From: Octopus bimaculoides
Lineage: Eukaryota
DNA length: 64,000 nt
Assembly: GCF_001194135.2 (NCBI RefSeq)
Contig: NC_068984.1
Coordinates: 99,972,023-100,036,022 of the forward strand
Reading direction: 5' to 3'
The notes under the pieces were generated by a model. The model saw only the letters and a program-made list of their open reading frames with translations. It was not told the DNA's origin and did not search any database. Position numbers and translations under genes: made by a program. This document shows, piece after piece, positions 25,603-38,739 of the stretch (the stretch's first letter is position 1; the number at the start of each line of letters is the position of its first letter).

Positions 25603-27925
25603 AGGCATACCTCATTTTATGTAACCCCAATTTACGAAACCTCATCTTTACGAATTATAGTTGAAAAACGAAAAAAATTGGTTACCATGGCAACAAGCAT
25701 CACTCCCAATCTGGCAACATTTGTTACCTTGAGCAATCACCTGCAACTGCTTTTTAGATTTGAAGTATGTTAGTGCCTGCCCAACTTCTTTCACGCAAGC
25801 CTACATTTTATCTTCCTTCATTCCATTCATCTTTTTTTTTTTGAATACCCTTATGATGGCTTAAAAAAAAAAGAATTGTGAGATGCAAAGCAAGGATAAG
25901 AAGAAACATAAAGCAATTACTTTAGAAATAAAATATGAATTGATTGAACCACACAAAAAAGATGCAACTGCTATAGGTTTATCAAAATAATTTGATATGG
26001 CTCCTTCATCTGTTTGTACCATCTTGAAACAAAAGGAAGATTATTTAAAGAAAGTTGAAGGAAGTCACTCTATAAATTCAACTTGGTTACAAAGAAAAGA
26101 TAATGAATGTTTAATTTCACACAGAAAAACTTTTGACGCTTTGGATTAACAATGAAATTCATAAACTTCATATGCCACTTAGTCAGGCTATAACTTGCAG
26201 TAAAGCAATTTCCCCTTTTAACTTGCTTAAGGAAAAATCAGATGGATCAATTGAAACACTTGTAGTGAGCAATGGTTGGTTCAATTGTTGCAAAGCACAA
26301 GCAAATTTAAGCAATGTGAAGATCCATGGAGAATCGTCTAGTACAGATCAAAACATTGCAGAAACTTTTCCTTGCCAATTAGAAGATTTGATTGAGGAAG
26401 AAGGCTTTATGCCGTCTCAAATATTTAATGTGGCTGAGGCAGATCTATTTTGGAAACAAATGCCTTCAAGGACCTTTATTGCAAGAGAAGAATCTTCAGT
26501 GCCAAGATTGAAAGCTGCAAAAGATAGGATAACATTGCTTCAGGGAGGAAATTATGAAGGGGATTGCAAACTCAAACTCATGCTTATTTATTGATCTGAA
26601 AACCCTCGTGCTTTAAAAGGAATTGATAAGATGAAACTTCCTGTAATCTGGAAGCATAACAAAAAAGCTTGGGTGACAGGAACACTATTTGAAGTTTGGT
26701 TTCCTAATCACTCTCTCCTGAAGTAGAAAAATATTGTAAGGATAAAAAATTCCTTTCAAGATTTTTTTTGATAATGGATAATGCCCCCTGTCATGCTGCA
26801 TTTTTGAAGCATTACCATCAAAATGTTAATGTTTTTTTTTCACCTCTCAATACAACATCTTTATTGCAGCCTATGGATCAAAGAGCATTTTCATTGTTTA
26901 AATCTTACTATCTGTTTCACCTTTGAAAGACTCCTTGAAGTAACTAATAAAGAAAATGGTCCTACAATTCAAGAATTTTGAAAGAGTTTCAACATCTTTG
27001 ATGTAATAAAATTGACTAAGAAAGCATGGGATAAAGTCACCATGAAGAACATGAAAGGAATTTGGTAAAATCTTTGCCCCAAATTGATTGGCAATTTTGA
27101 AGGATTTGATAATCTTCATGAAGGTCTTCAAAAGAAACTGACACAATCATAAACACTGGAAAGGAATTGAACTTTGAAATTTCACCTGAAGATGTTAAAG
27201 AAGCTCCTTATGTTGTCAGTGATGAAATCACAAATGAAATATTGCTAGAAATGAATAAGTTTGAACATGAAGGAGGAGGGGTGGGAGTAGAAGAAGAAGA
27301 ACAAGAACAAGAACAAGAAGAACAAGAACAAGAACAAGAAGAAGAAGAAGAGGAGGAGAATCACCTGAAAGATGCTTTGTTGCAAAAAACCTAAATGAAG
27401 CTTTTCTTCACACCCAACAAAGCAACTGAAATCTTTGAGCAGCAAGATACCAATTTTGAAAGAAGCTCAACTGTTGCTGCAAATTTAATGGAAGATCATG
27501 CTTGTTATCATGAAATCTACCATGAAATGAAGAAGAAATCTTTTCAACAAGCAACGAAGAAAACTAATGTGGACCAAACATCAAAACAAGAAGAAACTCA
27601 ACAAATGGAATTGACAGATGCACTCAAGAGGTCCCAGTGATGGCAGACCAGATGGATACAAATTAAATTTCATGAGCTGAAATTCTTTGTTTTATATGTT
27701 TTTGAATTTTTTTCATTTTGTAGTTTGTGATTTAATAAAAAAATTAAACTCTTGAATATTGCTATTTTTTTTCAACTTTAGAAAGTTTAAGAACCAATTT
27801 CTTTAGTGGGAACCAATTAAAGGTATATTCATTATTTTCTATGGATGATAATACCCAACTATACAAAGATTTCACTTTACGAATCTAGTCAGGAATGAAT
27901 TAATTCACAAACATGGTGTCTGCCT
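25603..27925 (+). mobile_element. Tigger/pogo-family DNA transposon fossil (~2.3 kb)
   Basis: Transposase remnant 26133-26594 with Tigger motifs (SNGWFN, HGESSS.D, QIFNVAEADLFWKQMPSRTFI, AAKDRITLL.GGN), continuing in frame past a stop as SENPRALK..KLPVIWKHNKKAWVT, with later DNAPCH-like and LQPMDQ motifs. Degenerate TIRs AGGCATACCTCATTTT (25603) and the reverse complement of AAACATGGTGTCTGCCT (to 27925). The catalytic D in the NxDE motif is changed to A. Confidence 0.88.
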
Positions 27926-29145
27926 CTATATATCAGCCTTGTGTCTCCAAGCAATCCCTCAGATTCTTCAAACCTAAAGGGTTGCACATGGTTTATTTTA
28001 ATTAGAAAACAGAATGTTGGACTTATTTGAAAACCAGGACATTGGTCTATGAGAAGACATGAGAAAAACGAGTAGAAAGCAGATGTAAAAGGTACAATGA
28101 GAAAAGAGGGAATGGAATGACAAAAGATGAATAAAAATGAAAACTAAACGAAAGAAGAAAAGAGATGCATCTCCTTTGTCCATTGTAAACATAATTAATC
28201 TTGTTGAAACAGAATAATTCAATGGGGAAAAGACCAAAGTCATTGAGACAGCTGTTCAATCTGAAGAGGTGACCTCCGGTTCAATAAATAATTTACCCAT
28301 GCGCTTGCATTTCCTAAAAATTTGGGATCTGGAATTAAATAGTGTGGTGGAATTCTTGGATCTAAAAAGAACGTAAGATTTTTCTACTATACCTAGCTTG
28401 CATCTCTGATCCATTTATATCTGGCATAGATTTCTCCACAATGCTTCACTTTATTGAATGTGATATTCTATTGGTCTTCAGGGAATGCAACTCTTGTTTT
28501 TCTTCCTTTTCTTTCTTTCCCGATTTTCATTTGCCTTTTGTTTTCTTGTAACACTTTTTCTCATTCCATCTTTTGTATTCACCTTGTTTTTATCATGTTT
28601 TCTCATAGACCAACATCTTAGCTTTCAAATAAGTGCAACCATGTGTATTCAAGGCTTGCTTAGATACACAAGGCATGAAATATAAATCTGCCGAATTGTT
28701 CTGTTTCCACAGCATGAAAGTATAAGTAGCTCATAATGTGCATATGAAATGATATGCATGTATGTATGTACGTATGTACATACATATATTTATGTGCGTG
28801 TGTGTGTGTGTATATGTATAAATGTATGTATGCATATTTACATATATATATATGCATGTGTACACATATGTATATATATGTATGTCTAGGCATATCTATT
28901 TATATATATATGCCTAGACATATATATATAGTAATAATACAGGATAGAGAGCGAAGCATGGTGCAATCTTCTGCCTTGCCAGTTTTAGTGACTGGTAAAA
29001 CCTGAACATAGAAGGGGTATGGGACAACAGGATAGTAATGATATGTATATGTGTATGTATATGTATATATGTCTATGTATATGTATATATATATCTGTAT
29101 ATATGTGTATTCATGTGTGAGCATGTGTATGTATATGTGTGTATA

Positions 29146-30130
29146 TCATCATCATCATCATTTAATGTTTGCTTTCCAAGCTGGTGTGGGTTGGATGGTT
29201 TGACTAAAACTGGCAAGGCAGAAGATTGCACCATGCTTCGCTCTCTGTTTTTTATGGTTTTTACAGCTGGATGCCCTCCCAAACACCAACTACTTGGCAG
29301 AGTGTACTGAGTGCATTTTATGTGACACCAGCACAAACAAGGTCAGTTTGGCATGGTTTTTTTACAGCTGGATGCCCTTCCAAATGCCAACCACTTTACA
29401 GTGTGAACTGGATGCTTTTTACATGGCACCAGCATGGGCAAGGTCACCATGTAACTTGCAAGACAAAGATCCTTTGAGAGTGGTAGGGGCATTGGAGTAG
29501 GTGATCTTGTGCCTGATGATGAAAGGTTAGAGTGTGACAAAGACACAGAAATAGGTGTCTTGTTGTAGAGAAGGTACATGGTTACCTAGTCAGAGAGAGA
29601 GAGAGAGAAAGAGAGCAAGATTGCCAGAAAGCAAGGAAAGAGATAAATGGTGAAGTGCCAAGGCATGCTCAAAAGGAGCGGGGATCAGAATATAAATGGA
29701 ATGGTAGAGTAGAGCAAGGGAGAGGTAAGTAGTGGCAAGGTGGAAGGGCATGCTCTCAAGATATGGAGTCAGAATATAAATGGTAGGGTATTCACATGAA
29801 TGTAAGTGCAGTGGGGTGGGGCATGCAGTGACTGGTAAAGCCTGGGCATAGAAGAGGTGGGGGACAGCAGGATAGTAATGATACAGTGAGCAGAGTAGTA
29901 AAGGCATGACTGAGTAGCAAGAGATAAGCATAAACATAGCGCATGAAAAGAGGAAATGTGAGGAAGAGGAGAGATGTAGTTTGGTTTGTTGGGGTAGGGT
30001 GTGGAAAAAGTTTTATTATTACATGTGGATGGAACCCACAGTGCTTCTTGAACTCAGTTTCACTGAAGCAGGTAGGTCTTCTCAGGAACTTCATATTGCC
30101 AGACATCTTGGTCTATTATCAACTCCTCTG
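29146..30130 (-). mobile_element. RTE LINE 3' end (ORF2 C-terminus + long 3' UTR + (GAT)n tail)
   Basis: Minus strand at 30130-30060 encodes GLTEELIIDQDVWQYEV.EKT (compare GLTEAMTTDRDLWKCAV at 55.2 kb). The UTR carries GGTTGGCATTTGGAAGGGCATCCAGC motifs; (CAT)n on the + strand at 29146-29161. Confidence 0.65.
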
Positions 30131-30546
30131 TGAGGCCCATCATATATATATATATATATGTAGACATATATATATATATATAGACACACACAAACCTATA
30201 TGTATGTATATATATATATATAAATATATATGTGTGTGTATCTATTAGTTTATACACGTATATGGGTGCGTGTGTGTGTATATATGTTAGTTCAGACTTG
30301 GCTGTGTGATTAAGAAATACACTTTGCCACCTTGTGGTTTGGGGGGTTCAATTCCAAACTTGGACAAGCGTCTTCTACTGTATCCCCAGACCAACCTATG
30401 CCTTGTGAATGAATTTGTTAGATGGAAACTAATATTCTAATATTTTCAATCATCTTCACTTATTCAAAATTCCTCATAATTATTAGAGTTTTGTTTGCAC
30501 TCTGTGTCCATGAATAAAACTTAGTATGTCCACACATGCATGCATA

Positions 30547-30581
<35 letters not shown>

Positions 30582-31860
30582 TTTCATGTATTTGCATGTG
30601 TGTGTGTATTTATATCTTATATGTATATGTGTATATATATATATATGGGAATGAGAATGGGCCCTAACTTTGCAAACCTGTTCGTTGGTTATGTTGAGGC
30701 CCAAATATTTTCAGGATTCACTAGTCCCACTCCCGAACTATATGGTTGTTATATTGATGACTGAATCGGTGCGACCTCGCTCTCCTGTGAACACCTAGAC
30801 TCCTTCCTCTCTTTTGTCCAATCCTTCCATCCTGCCCTCGAATTCTCCTGCACTATTTCCAACACTTCCATCGCCATTCTCGACATTTCGGTCAACATAC
30901 ACAATTCCACTCTCATTACCTCCATCCACTACATACGCACTGACTCACACTCATACCTCAACTTCTCCTTCCACCCAACCCACACCAAGCTCTCCATCCC
31001 CTACTCCCAATTCTTCCGTTTGTGCAGGCTCTGCAGTGACAACCATGGCTTTGAGACTCAGTCTCAACTCATGGCTCACCACTTCACCTCTCGTAGATAG
31101 CCCCTCACCACTATCCACACAGCCCTTGCCAGAGCACATTCTGTGGACCATGCCTCTGCTCTCTCTCTCCACACATCTGTCCCACCGTTACCCATCTCCC
31201 GTTTCACCTCACCTACCACCCCTCCACCTTACCCCTCCAATACACCATTCTCTGAGCTTTCCAGTGACTCCAGTCTGACCCCCTCCACTTCCCCAACCTA
31301 CCCCTTCCCTCATTTAATTGAGCCCAAAACCTACATGACCTTCTTCCCTAACCATACACCTCCTGACCTGGCTCATTCCCCTGCTCTCACCCATGCTGCC
31401 GTACTTGTCCCTACCTTTCCAGCACCACCATCCTCACAGGCACCCATCATCGTCCTTATCATATCACTGACTCCTTTACCTACACTTCTAACAACGTCAT
31501 TTACTGCATCTCCTGCTCTTTCTGTCCTTCTCTGTACATCGGTCAAATGGGACGATGCCTGGCTGACTGGTTCATAGAGCACCTCCAAGACATTCGACTC
31601 AGCAATGACACACCAGTCTTATGCCATTTCTGCTCTACCAGTCATTCATTATAACACCTGTCTGTGTTTGGATTGTCTTTGCACAGGGGCCATCCAGAGT
31701 CCTACCTTTGCTGTGAACTGGAATTAAACTTCTTTCTTCACTCCTTTGCACCACATGGGCTCAACTCCCCTCCCCTCTTCTCCTCTCTTCATCTGACACC
31801 TACTTCCTCTCTTGACTCCTACCCACCTTCTCCTTTCATTGATACCCCTTCATTCACACC

Positions 31861-31980
31861 CCACTCCCACACAACCCACTCCCACACATCCCACTCCCAC
31901 ACATCCCACTCCCACACATCCCACTCCTACACATCCCACTCCCACACATCCCACTCCCACACATCCCACTCCCACATACT
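31861..31980. repeat. 15-bp minisatellite (CCACTCCCACACATC) x8 inside the Penelope 3' region
   Basis: Eight near-identical consecutive units counted directly. Confidence 0.95.
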
Positions 31981-32360
31981 CCACCCCCTACTCCCACATC
32001 CTCACCCCAAACCCACATGCCATCCTCACATCCCAACACCCCAACACTGCCACATCACACCACACCACACACCACTACACCACATCACACCACCCCCACA
32101 CACTCGCACTGACCATTTCCCAGCACCCACACCATCATCTACACATCCACACATTACAGACGCACACACAAGCACACATCCACACATCAAAGTCACCAGC
32201 CTCTATCCACATGCACACACCTTCGTTTTGAGATCACCAATACTTTATTGTCTCCCCTTCTTCCTTGCTCTCCTGTCTAACTACCTTTGTCCAGCCACTC
32301 ACCATTGATTGACTGCTAACTCCAAAAGGTATTTTATTCCCTCTCTGTTTATTTCCTTGT

Positions 32361-32402
32361 GTTCTTTTCTGTTGAAGAGCGTAGGCTCGAAACGTAAAAG
32401 AC
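32361..32402 (+). ncRNA. Minimal hammerhead ribozyme motif in the Penelope terminal repeat (variant core CUGUUGA)
   Basis: CTGTTGA (32369-75), one extra A, helix II GAGC-GTAG-GCTC, GAAA (32389-92), palindromic ACGT helix III, triplet GUA ending at 32396, weak helix I TTTT/AAAG. Confidence 0.65.
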
Positions 32403-32842
32403 TTTCTCATTTTTCTGAGCGTCAAACAATTACACCTGTCTTCATCTTTTGCTTTTCTGTAAATTTCAACTATATATATATGGTCCCAGGTTCAGTCCCA
32501 CTGCATGGCACCTTGGGCAAGTGTCTTCTACTATAGCTCAGGCCAACCAAAGCCTTGTGAGTGGATTTGGTAGATGGAAACAGAAAGAAGCATGTCATAT
32601 ATATTTATATGTATACATATATGTATATGAGTGTGTTTGTGTTTGTTGCCCCCACATTCGCTTGACAACTGATGCTGATGTGTTTACATCTCTGTAACCT
32701 ACCAGTTCAGGAAAAAAGATTGATAAAATTAGTACTAGGCTTACAAAGAATAAGTCTCGGGGTTGATTTGTTCGACTAAAGGTGGTACTCCAGCCTGGTT
32801 GCAGTCAAATGACTGAAACAAATAAAAGAATATATAAACACA

Positions 32843-33681
32843 TGGGTAAATTGTTGCCATTTTATATTTTTTATTTCACTTGTGCGCGTTGTTTGGTTTT
32901 GATTTTGTTTGCTACACAGTATAGTAGAGTCAGATGAGCACCATGTGTGAATAAAACAGCACCATGACACAATTCACTCTGCCAGACATTTGGAAATGAT
33001 ATGCTGTACTACTTGACATTTGTGCCAGAAGCTCCAATGTAAACAGATGGTGAACATACAGAATAAGTGTTGGTTTGCCGTGTCCCCAAAGCATGTACTG
33101 AGAGTGATAAAAATCAAACATCCAGTCAATGTCATGGTGTTTGAAGTGATCACTAGTGATGGTGACGTTATGCTTCCATTTATTTTCCCACATCGCATCA
33201 GGCTCAACACAGTGCCCTACATCAAGTGGCTGCTGGAAGACCCTATATCTGGCAACAGGACTCTGCACCATGCCACACAAGCAGGAGAACCCAGTCATGA
33301 CAACAGACAATTTCTGTGACTACACCACCCCTAATATCTGGCCACCTAACTCCCCAGAATGCAACTACCTTGGTTATTATATATAGTGCGCAGTTGAGCA
33401 AGAGACCAACAAAACTCCTTGCAACACCAAAGATGATCTGAAGGCAACAATTATGGCAGCATTCACCAACTGAAACAAGGAGACTGTCCAGAAGAGTTGC
33501 AGGAGATTGTGAAGTCGTCTGGAAACTGTGGTTGAAGCCAATGGCGATTTTATTGAATAAATTTACTCTTTAGTATTTCAAGATATTTTTATGTAATTTT
33601 GGTAAATATATCTGTTAAAATGAGATGTCAATATTATTTTCATTTTTGCATAATTTAGATGACAATATATTCACCGCACCC

Positions 33682-33683
<2 letters not shown>
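32843..33683 (+). mobile_element. Internally deleted Tc1/mariner (maT/DD37D-type) element
   Basis: Remnants VNIQNKCWFAVSPKHV..IKHPVNVMVFEVITSDGDVM.PFIFPH and WPPNSPECNYLGYY; right end AATTTAGATGACAATATATTCACCGCACCCTG. The left boundary is approximate. Confidence 0.8.
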
Positions 33684-33744
<61 letters not shown>

Positions 33745-35607
33745 TGATGACTTGCATGTCTATTGTTAATACATTCCAGAAGATTTGACTGTAAACATGT
33801 TAATTGTTGTTGTGTGTGTCACTGGAGAACAGTTTCTCCTTTTTTATGATTGCAATGTGTTCATAACACACTCGATTCATTCATGCAAGTTGAGGGTGTT
33901 GTGAACATGTTGTCATGAAAAGAAGTTGTTCTCCTGTGACGTACACACCAACATGTAGCATATTTGTATACAAATCTGCTGAAACATATCAAGAATAAAT
34001 ACACAGCTCATCATTTCAAGTCTTGCAAATAATAATTTAATCTTTATATATAGTTGTGGCTTCGTGTTAAGAAGTTTGCTTCTCGACCACATGGTTCCAG
34101 ATTCAGTCCAGCTGCAGGACACTTTGGGTTAATGTATTCTATAGCCCCAGGCCAGCCTTGCCTGCTGTATCTGTGTGTAGGTGTTTGTGTTTGTGTCTTT
34201 GTGTTTGTTGCCCAGCACTGCTTGACAATCAGTTTTGGTTTGTTTACATCTGTGTAACCTAATGGGTCATCAAAAAAACTGATAGGATAAGCACTGAGTT
34301 TTAAAAAATAAGTACTGGGATTGACTTGTGTGTTAGGTGGGTAGTGTACAAATGGGTATTTGAGGATGTGAGAGCACCCATGTGTAAAGGTGATAAAAAG
34401 TATTCAAGAATCTCATGGAATGGCAAGAGCAAGGTAGATGATATTATTTGTATGCTGGTAGACAAGCAAAAGCAGATAAGAGTGGAAAAGTACTTTCTTT
34501 TTCTGGTTTTTGGCTGGGAAACACAAAGGAAAGTTTTATTGCTAGAATTCCAAAATGCAAGTGAAATCTTCAGGAAAGTTGAATCCTGAGATAGGAGTCA
34601 GTGAAATTGTTGAAATGTCCAAGAAAGTAGTAGAAAATTCAAACAATAGGAAAAAGTTCCAAGAAATTGCTGAAGAGTTCAGAAGAAGGTAAAAAGTGGA
34701 GTTGTTACAAAACAAAAGAATATGAAATAACATAGATGCAAGAAGAGGGGAAATAAGGTATTGATAGATGTGTTCTATAGGGAAGAAGGAATATGCTTAT
34801 ATATATATGACACTGTTGAAGTTGGTAGGTCAGAGTTATCAACCATATCCTATTAACATGATAGGGACTCCAAATGGTCTATGTATGGCTGTTAGACGTG
34901 GTTGAGAACTTTCCTGATCTCAAAGGGTAATAATGATACTTTCACCAAGGATTGCAATGGTGGGAAAACACAGGTGACATATGAGAGAGCAAATCTATAC
35001 ACAGACTCAGTAATAAGGGGGTCATAGCAAAATTGTACTAGTAGTCTGTGTAAAACTGTAGTTGTTGTTGTCTGTTTAAAGCTCTAGTAATGTTCAGTAT
35101 GAAACTATAGTGACTGTGACTAGCAAATTCTATTGATAATCCCTAAGAAGGAAAATATAAAAGAATGCTTATAACAAGCAGTTACCTTTAAAGATATTTT
35201 CTAAATCTGAAGTTGGTATTATTTTTCTTCAGCCAGTTATTTGCATCAAGATATCACTGAAGACTGTGCCTTTGGATTTCTTTGTGACACATTTATGTTA
35301 ATTTCCCCTTGGCTCTTTCATTTACTGGATTTAGTTAGAGACTTGTTTTGTATTTATGATAGAATATGAAAACATATTGCAAGTGAGAGGTGTCAAGAGT
35401 CTTGACCATATCTATTTAATCTGTTCTACGGCTGAAAACATTTAGTCTTGCTGCAAAGGGACAGCTAAATCTGCTGTAAATTGAAGAGACTTAGAGAAAT
35501 CTGTTGTGAGTTTTGAGAATATGCTGAAAAAGTAGAGGGAGAGAAAGAAAGAGGGAGATAAATTGCATAATATCCTCTGCACCAATGTTAACACGAATTG
35601 GGATTAA

Positions 35608-35822
35608 CCCTTTGTTACTATGTTTCTGTTCATATACCCTACTTTTGTTTTAATTAATTTTGAAAATTATGAAGAATTTAGAAAATTGACTGTCATATTA
35701 AGCTGTTGTTTGGAATATAATATGAAATTTTCATAGAAGGATTTAAATCCTGATCACTTTGAAATATGGAATGTGTATCATTGAAAGAGGAACAGTCTCA
35801 GGTGACTTGGTTTCAAAATGGG
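35608..35822. mobile_element. piggyBac-type MITE, same family as 10776-10997
   Basis: TTAA-CCCTTTGTTAC ... CAAAATGGG-TTAA, with shared internal aattaatttt..aagaatttag. Confidence 0.65.
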
Positions 35823-36399
35823 TTAAAACTGAGAACTGCAGATAGTTGACAGTATACAAACCAATTGTAGATATACAAGACTATCTTGTGTGGTACAATT
35901 ACAAGTACATTGTCCAATGGGTCCTCACTTTTTTATGAGAGTAAGATTTACATTCTGTTTCTGGCAAGTTCAGTGACCACACTAAGGTTCCTTCATAGGC
36001 TTGACTTTAAGAAAATTGTTGTCAACTGCAAGTAATTGTAGTATATTTGTATGCATGTACACATATCTTTGCTTATTTATTGGAATTTTTCCGAAATGGG
36101 AGCTGGTTTCTAGCAAAAGCAAAGCAGAAGCTCTATCACTGGAATTTGGATATCAATGATTGTGACACATTGGACTTTAGGCAAATCTCACATATTTGTG
36201 CTGTTCTACTTACAGATTGTATCTGTAAAGTACATTTATTAATTTAACCAAGTTCACAAATACCAAGTCTTAAATTAAGTCTACCTTCTCTTATGACCTG
36301 TCTGTCATTCCAATATACTTTATGCAGTCATAGTTTACATTGGCTGCACCATAAATAGTATTTAACTACTTTTTTTATACATATTGAGTATGGCCATTT

Positions 36400-36810
36400 T
36401 CCTGATATCAGCAAGGACATTTTCTTTCCTGCTTATAAAAACTTTACTCCTTGCTAAGTCTTTCGGTTGTAAGCTTAGCATTCATATCTGGAATTTCTTC
36501 CCTAAGTCTACTCTAAATCTTTTCTAAAATCAGGTATAAGTTATTGTCTGAAAAATTATTATAGAGATGGCAGCTTATGACTGAATCTTGGTGAACACCC
36601 AGCTGCACACTAAATTCATCATTGTGCATAGTTTGAACAGACCACTTACTTCACAGACCATTTACCTACTAACATCCTTAGCAGCCACCAGATTACAGAG
36701 CTTAGAACCCTGTCATAGGCCTCCTCAAAGTCTCTAAGTAAGAACTTCCACAATTGTTTTACTAGAAAGAGGACATCAGTGGTATCTCTTACTTTCAAAA
36801 ATCCCAGCTG
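36400..36810 (-). mobile_element. Decayed RTE reverse-transcriptase fragment
   Basis: Minus-strand RDTTDVLFLVKQLW, DFEEAYDRVLSSVIWWLLRML, VQLGVHQDSVIS (RTE consensus STTDAIF/DLEKAFDRV/GVHQGSVLSP). Confidence 0.7.
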
Positions 36811-36944
36811 CATCTTGGCTAAATTCTGCTTTAAATCAGTTATGCTATAACTATTTCAGGGACTTTCAATAACTTGATCTATTAGTATTATACCTCTCTT
36901 ATTTCCTTTCTCTGTATAGATATGTTGCATGACAGTGTTTATGT

Positions 36945-37034
<90 letters not shown>

Positions 37035-38739
37035 TGCACAAAGCATAAATAATGAACAACATATTTTTCTTTATTGTAGTAAATTTGACTTACAGCTGTT
37101 TCTAGTAATCATTATAGGTTCGTTATTGATATATTTATACACACACACACACACACACACACTCACACACACATATATATACATATATTCACACAAATAT
37201 ATTTGTGTGTGTGTATATATACACACACATACATGCGTGTATACACACCCAGATTCATACACACAAACAAACAAACCATTTCATCTGTTCCACTTTCATC
37301 ATTACAAATTAAAAAAGACTCTTCACTTGTCAGCTTCTTATGTTACCATGACAACATTTTTGTTGAACTAGGAAAAATGGTTAATGTCCTTTGCCAGTTT
37401 GTATGTATTGTGCATTCAAAGAACACCATCATTGGTACCGACACTTTGCCAGCCAACCGATACTGTCACCATTGTCATCAGCATCACTGTACCATTGTCA
37501 TCAGCACTACTACAGTGCCAGCTATCACATCAAATCTTGGTGACTGTCTTTTCAAAAGTCTGCTGCTGCTGTTCTTGCTGCTGTAACTTTGATTACTATG
37601 GCAATCGGTTGCCAGTTCTTCTGTTGCTCTATGCTGCTTTTATTGCTGCTGCTGCTGCTATAATGTCACTGATATTACTGGCCTCTGAAGTCATCTGTGA
37701 TAATATTATGTTGCAGTGGGAGTGAAGAGGTGTGAGAAAATGAGGTGGGAGGGAGTTGACATGGTATAAAACAAGAACCTATGTGTATGTTAGTGTGTTT
37801 ATGTTATGTGTGACAGTGTGTGTGTGTAGTTTTGTGTAACTGTGTGTCCATGTATGTGTGGGAGTAGCAACAGTTGCTATGCTATTCAATATCCTCCATG
37901 CATCTATTTAGACATTTGTGGTAACAGTGACAACAGGTTCGTGGTTCAACATCACAACTTGTTCCATGGTAAACATGCAGTCATGTATTACCACTCAGCT
38001 ATTTATAGTTTTGTATATCTATTTAATTACCTGTCCACCCACCTGCATGGAGTCTTAACTTATTTCTGTCTTGTTACACAAGGGTTCTATTTTCATATCA
38101 GCTGCTAAATTGTGTCAAGCTAACAAGAAAACCTCTACATTGTCAACCTGCTAGAAATATCAGACAGCAAGGGAATCTTGGCACCGTTTGCTCAACATGC
38201 TAGAAATAGCAGCTAAATTGTTCTTAAATCATATCTTAGCATACTTGAAAAGAACACTTGGAACAATGTGGTCTTGAGTGCACTGTGCCTGATAAACAGA
38301 TGTAAATGTCATGGTTGGAACTTTTATGACTACAGGTTTGTTTGATCAGAAACTACCTAGGGTTAAGCAACAACAACAGCTGCCAACTATATTTTTGAGA
38401 GATTTGGTTCACTGTTGTTACCCTAAAGGGCACAACAGCTAACCAAATCTCCAACAAATCAACCCCTTACAAAGTTTGTAATCCAGTCTGTTCTTATAAC
38501 ATTTGTCACTTGCTATATCGTTGTGACCATATTTCATGAAGCCATAATATATTTGAAAAGATTTTGAGTGAAATCCATGACAAAAAAAATCCTTAATTAT
38601 GAATTGAAGAATGAACATTTAGTGGGTTGTACTTATTTGACAAATGAGTTGGTCAGGATCACATCGTAAGAGTGAAACATAGTTTATATAGCAATAATAA
38701 ATCTCTGAACGAGACATAAACAGTAGCAGCATGGAATTG

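Larger units (their letters stand above)
30647..32470 (+). mobile_element. Penelope-like element, 5'-truncated (RT C-half + GIY-YIG endonuclease + terminal repeat)
   Basis: GMRMGPNFANLFVGYVE...YGCYIDD (YIDD at 30750-30761), then FLDI/HY..TDSH.YL/SIPYSQF.RL.R.CS-type segments; NVIYCISC..CPSLYIGQ.GR (VIY 31496-31504, YIG 31535-31543); HGLN at the ORF end. Several stops and frameshifts. C-rich 3' region. Confidence 0.9.

Noticed and set aside
26133-26594. Tigger transposase ORF as a possible domesticated gene
   Set aside because: Stops and frameshifts on both sides, a mutated catalytic motif, and residual TIRs indicate a fossil.
37384-37725. Ala/Gln/Thr-rich ORFs on both strands
   Set aside because: Degenerate trinucleotide repeat terrain with stops in the plausible frames and no domain.
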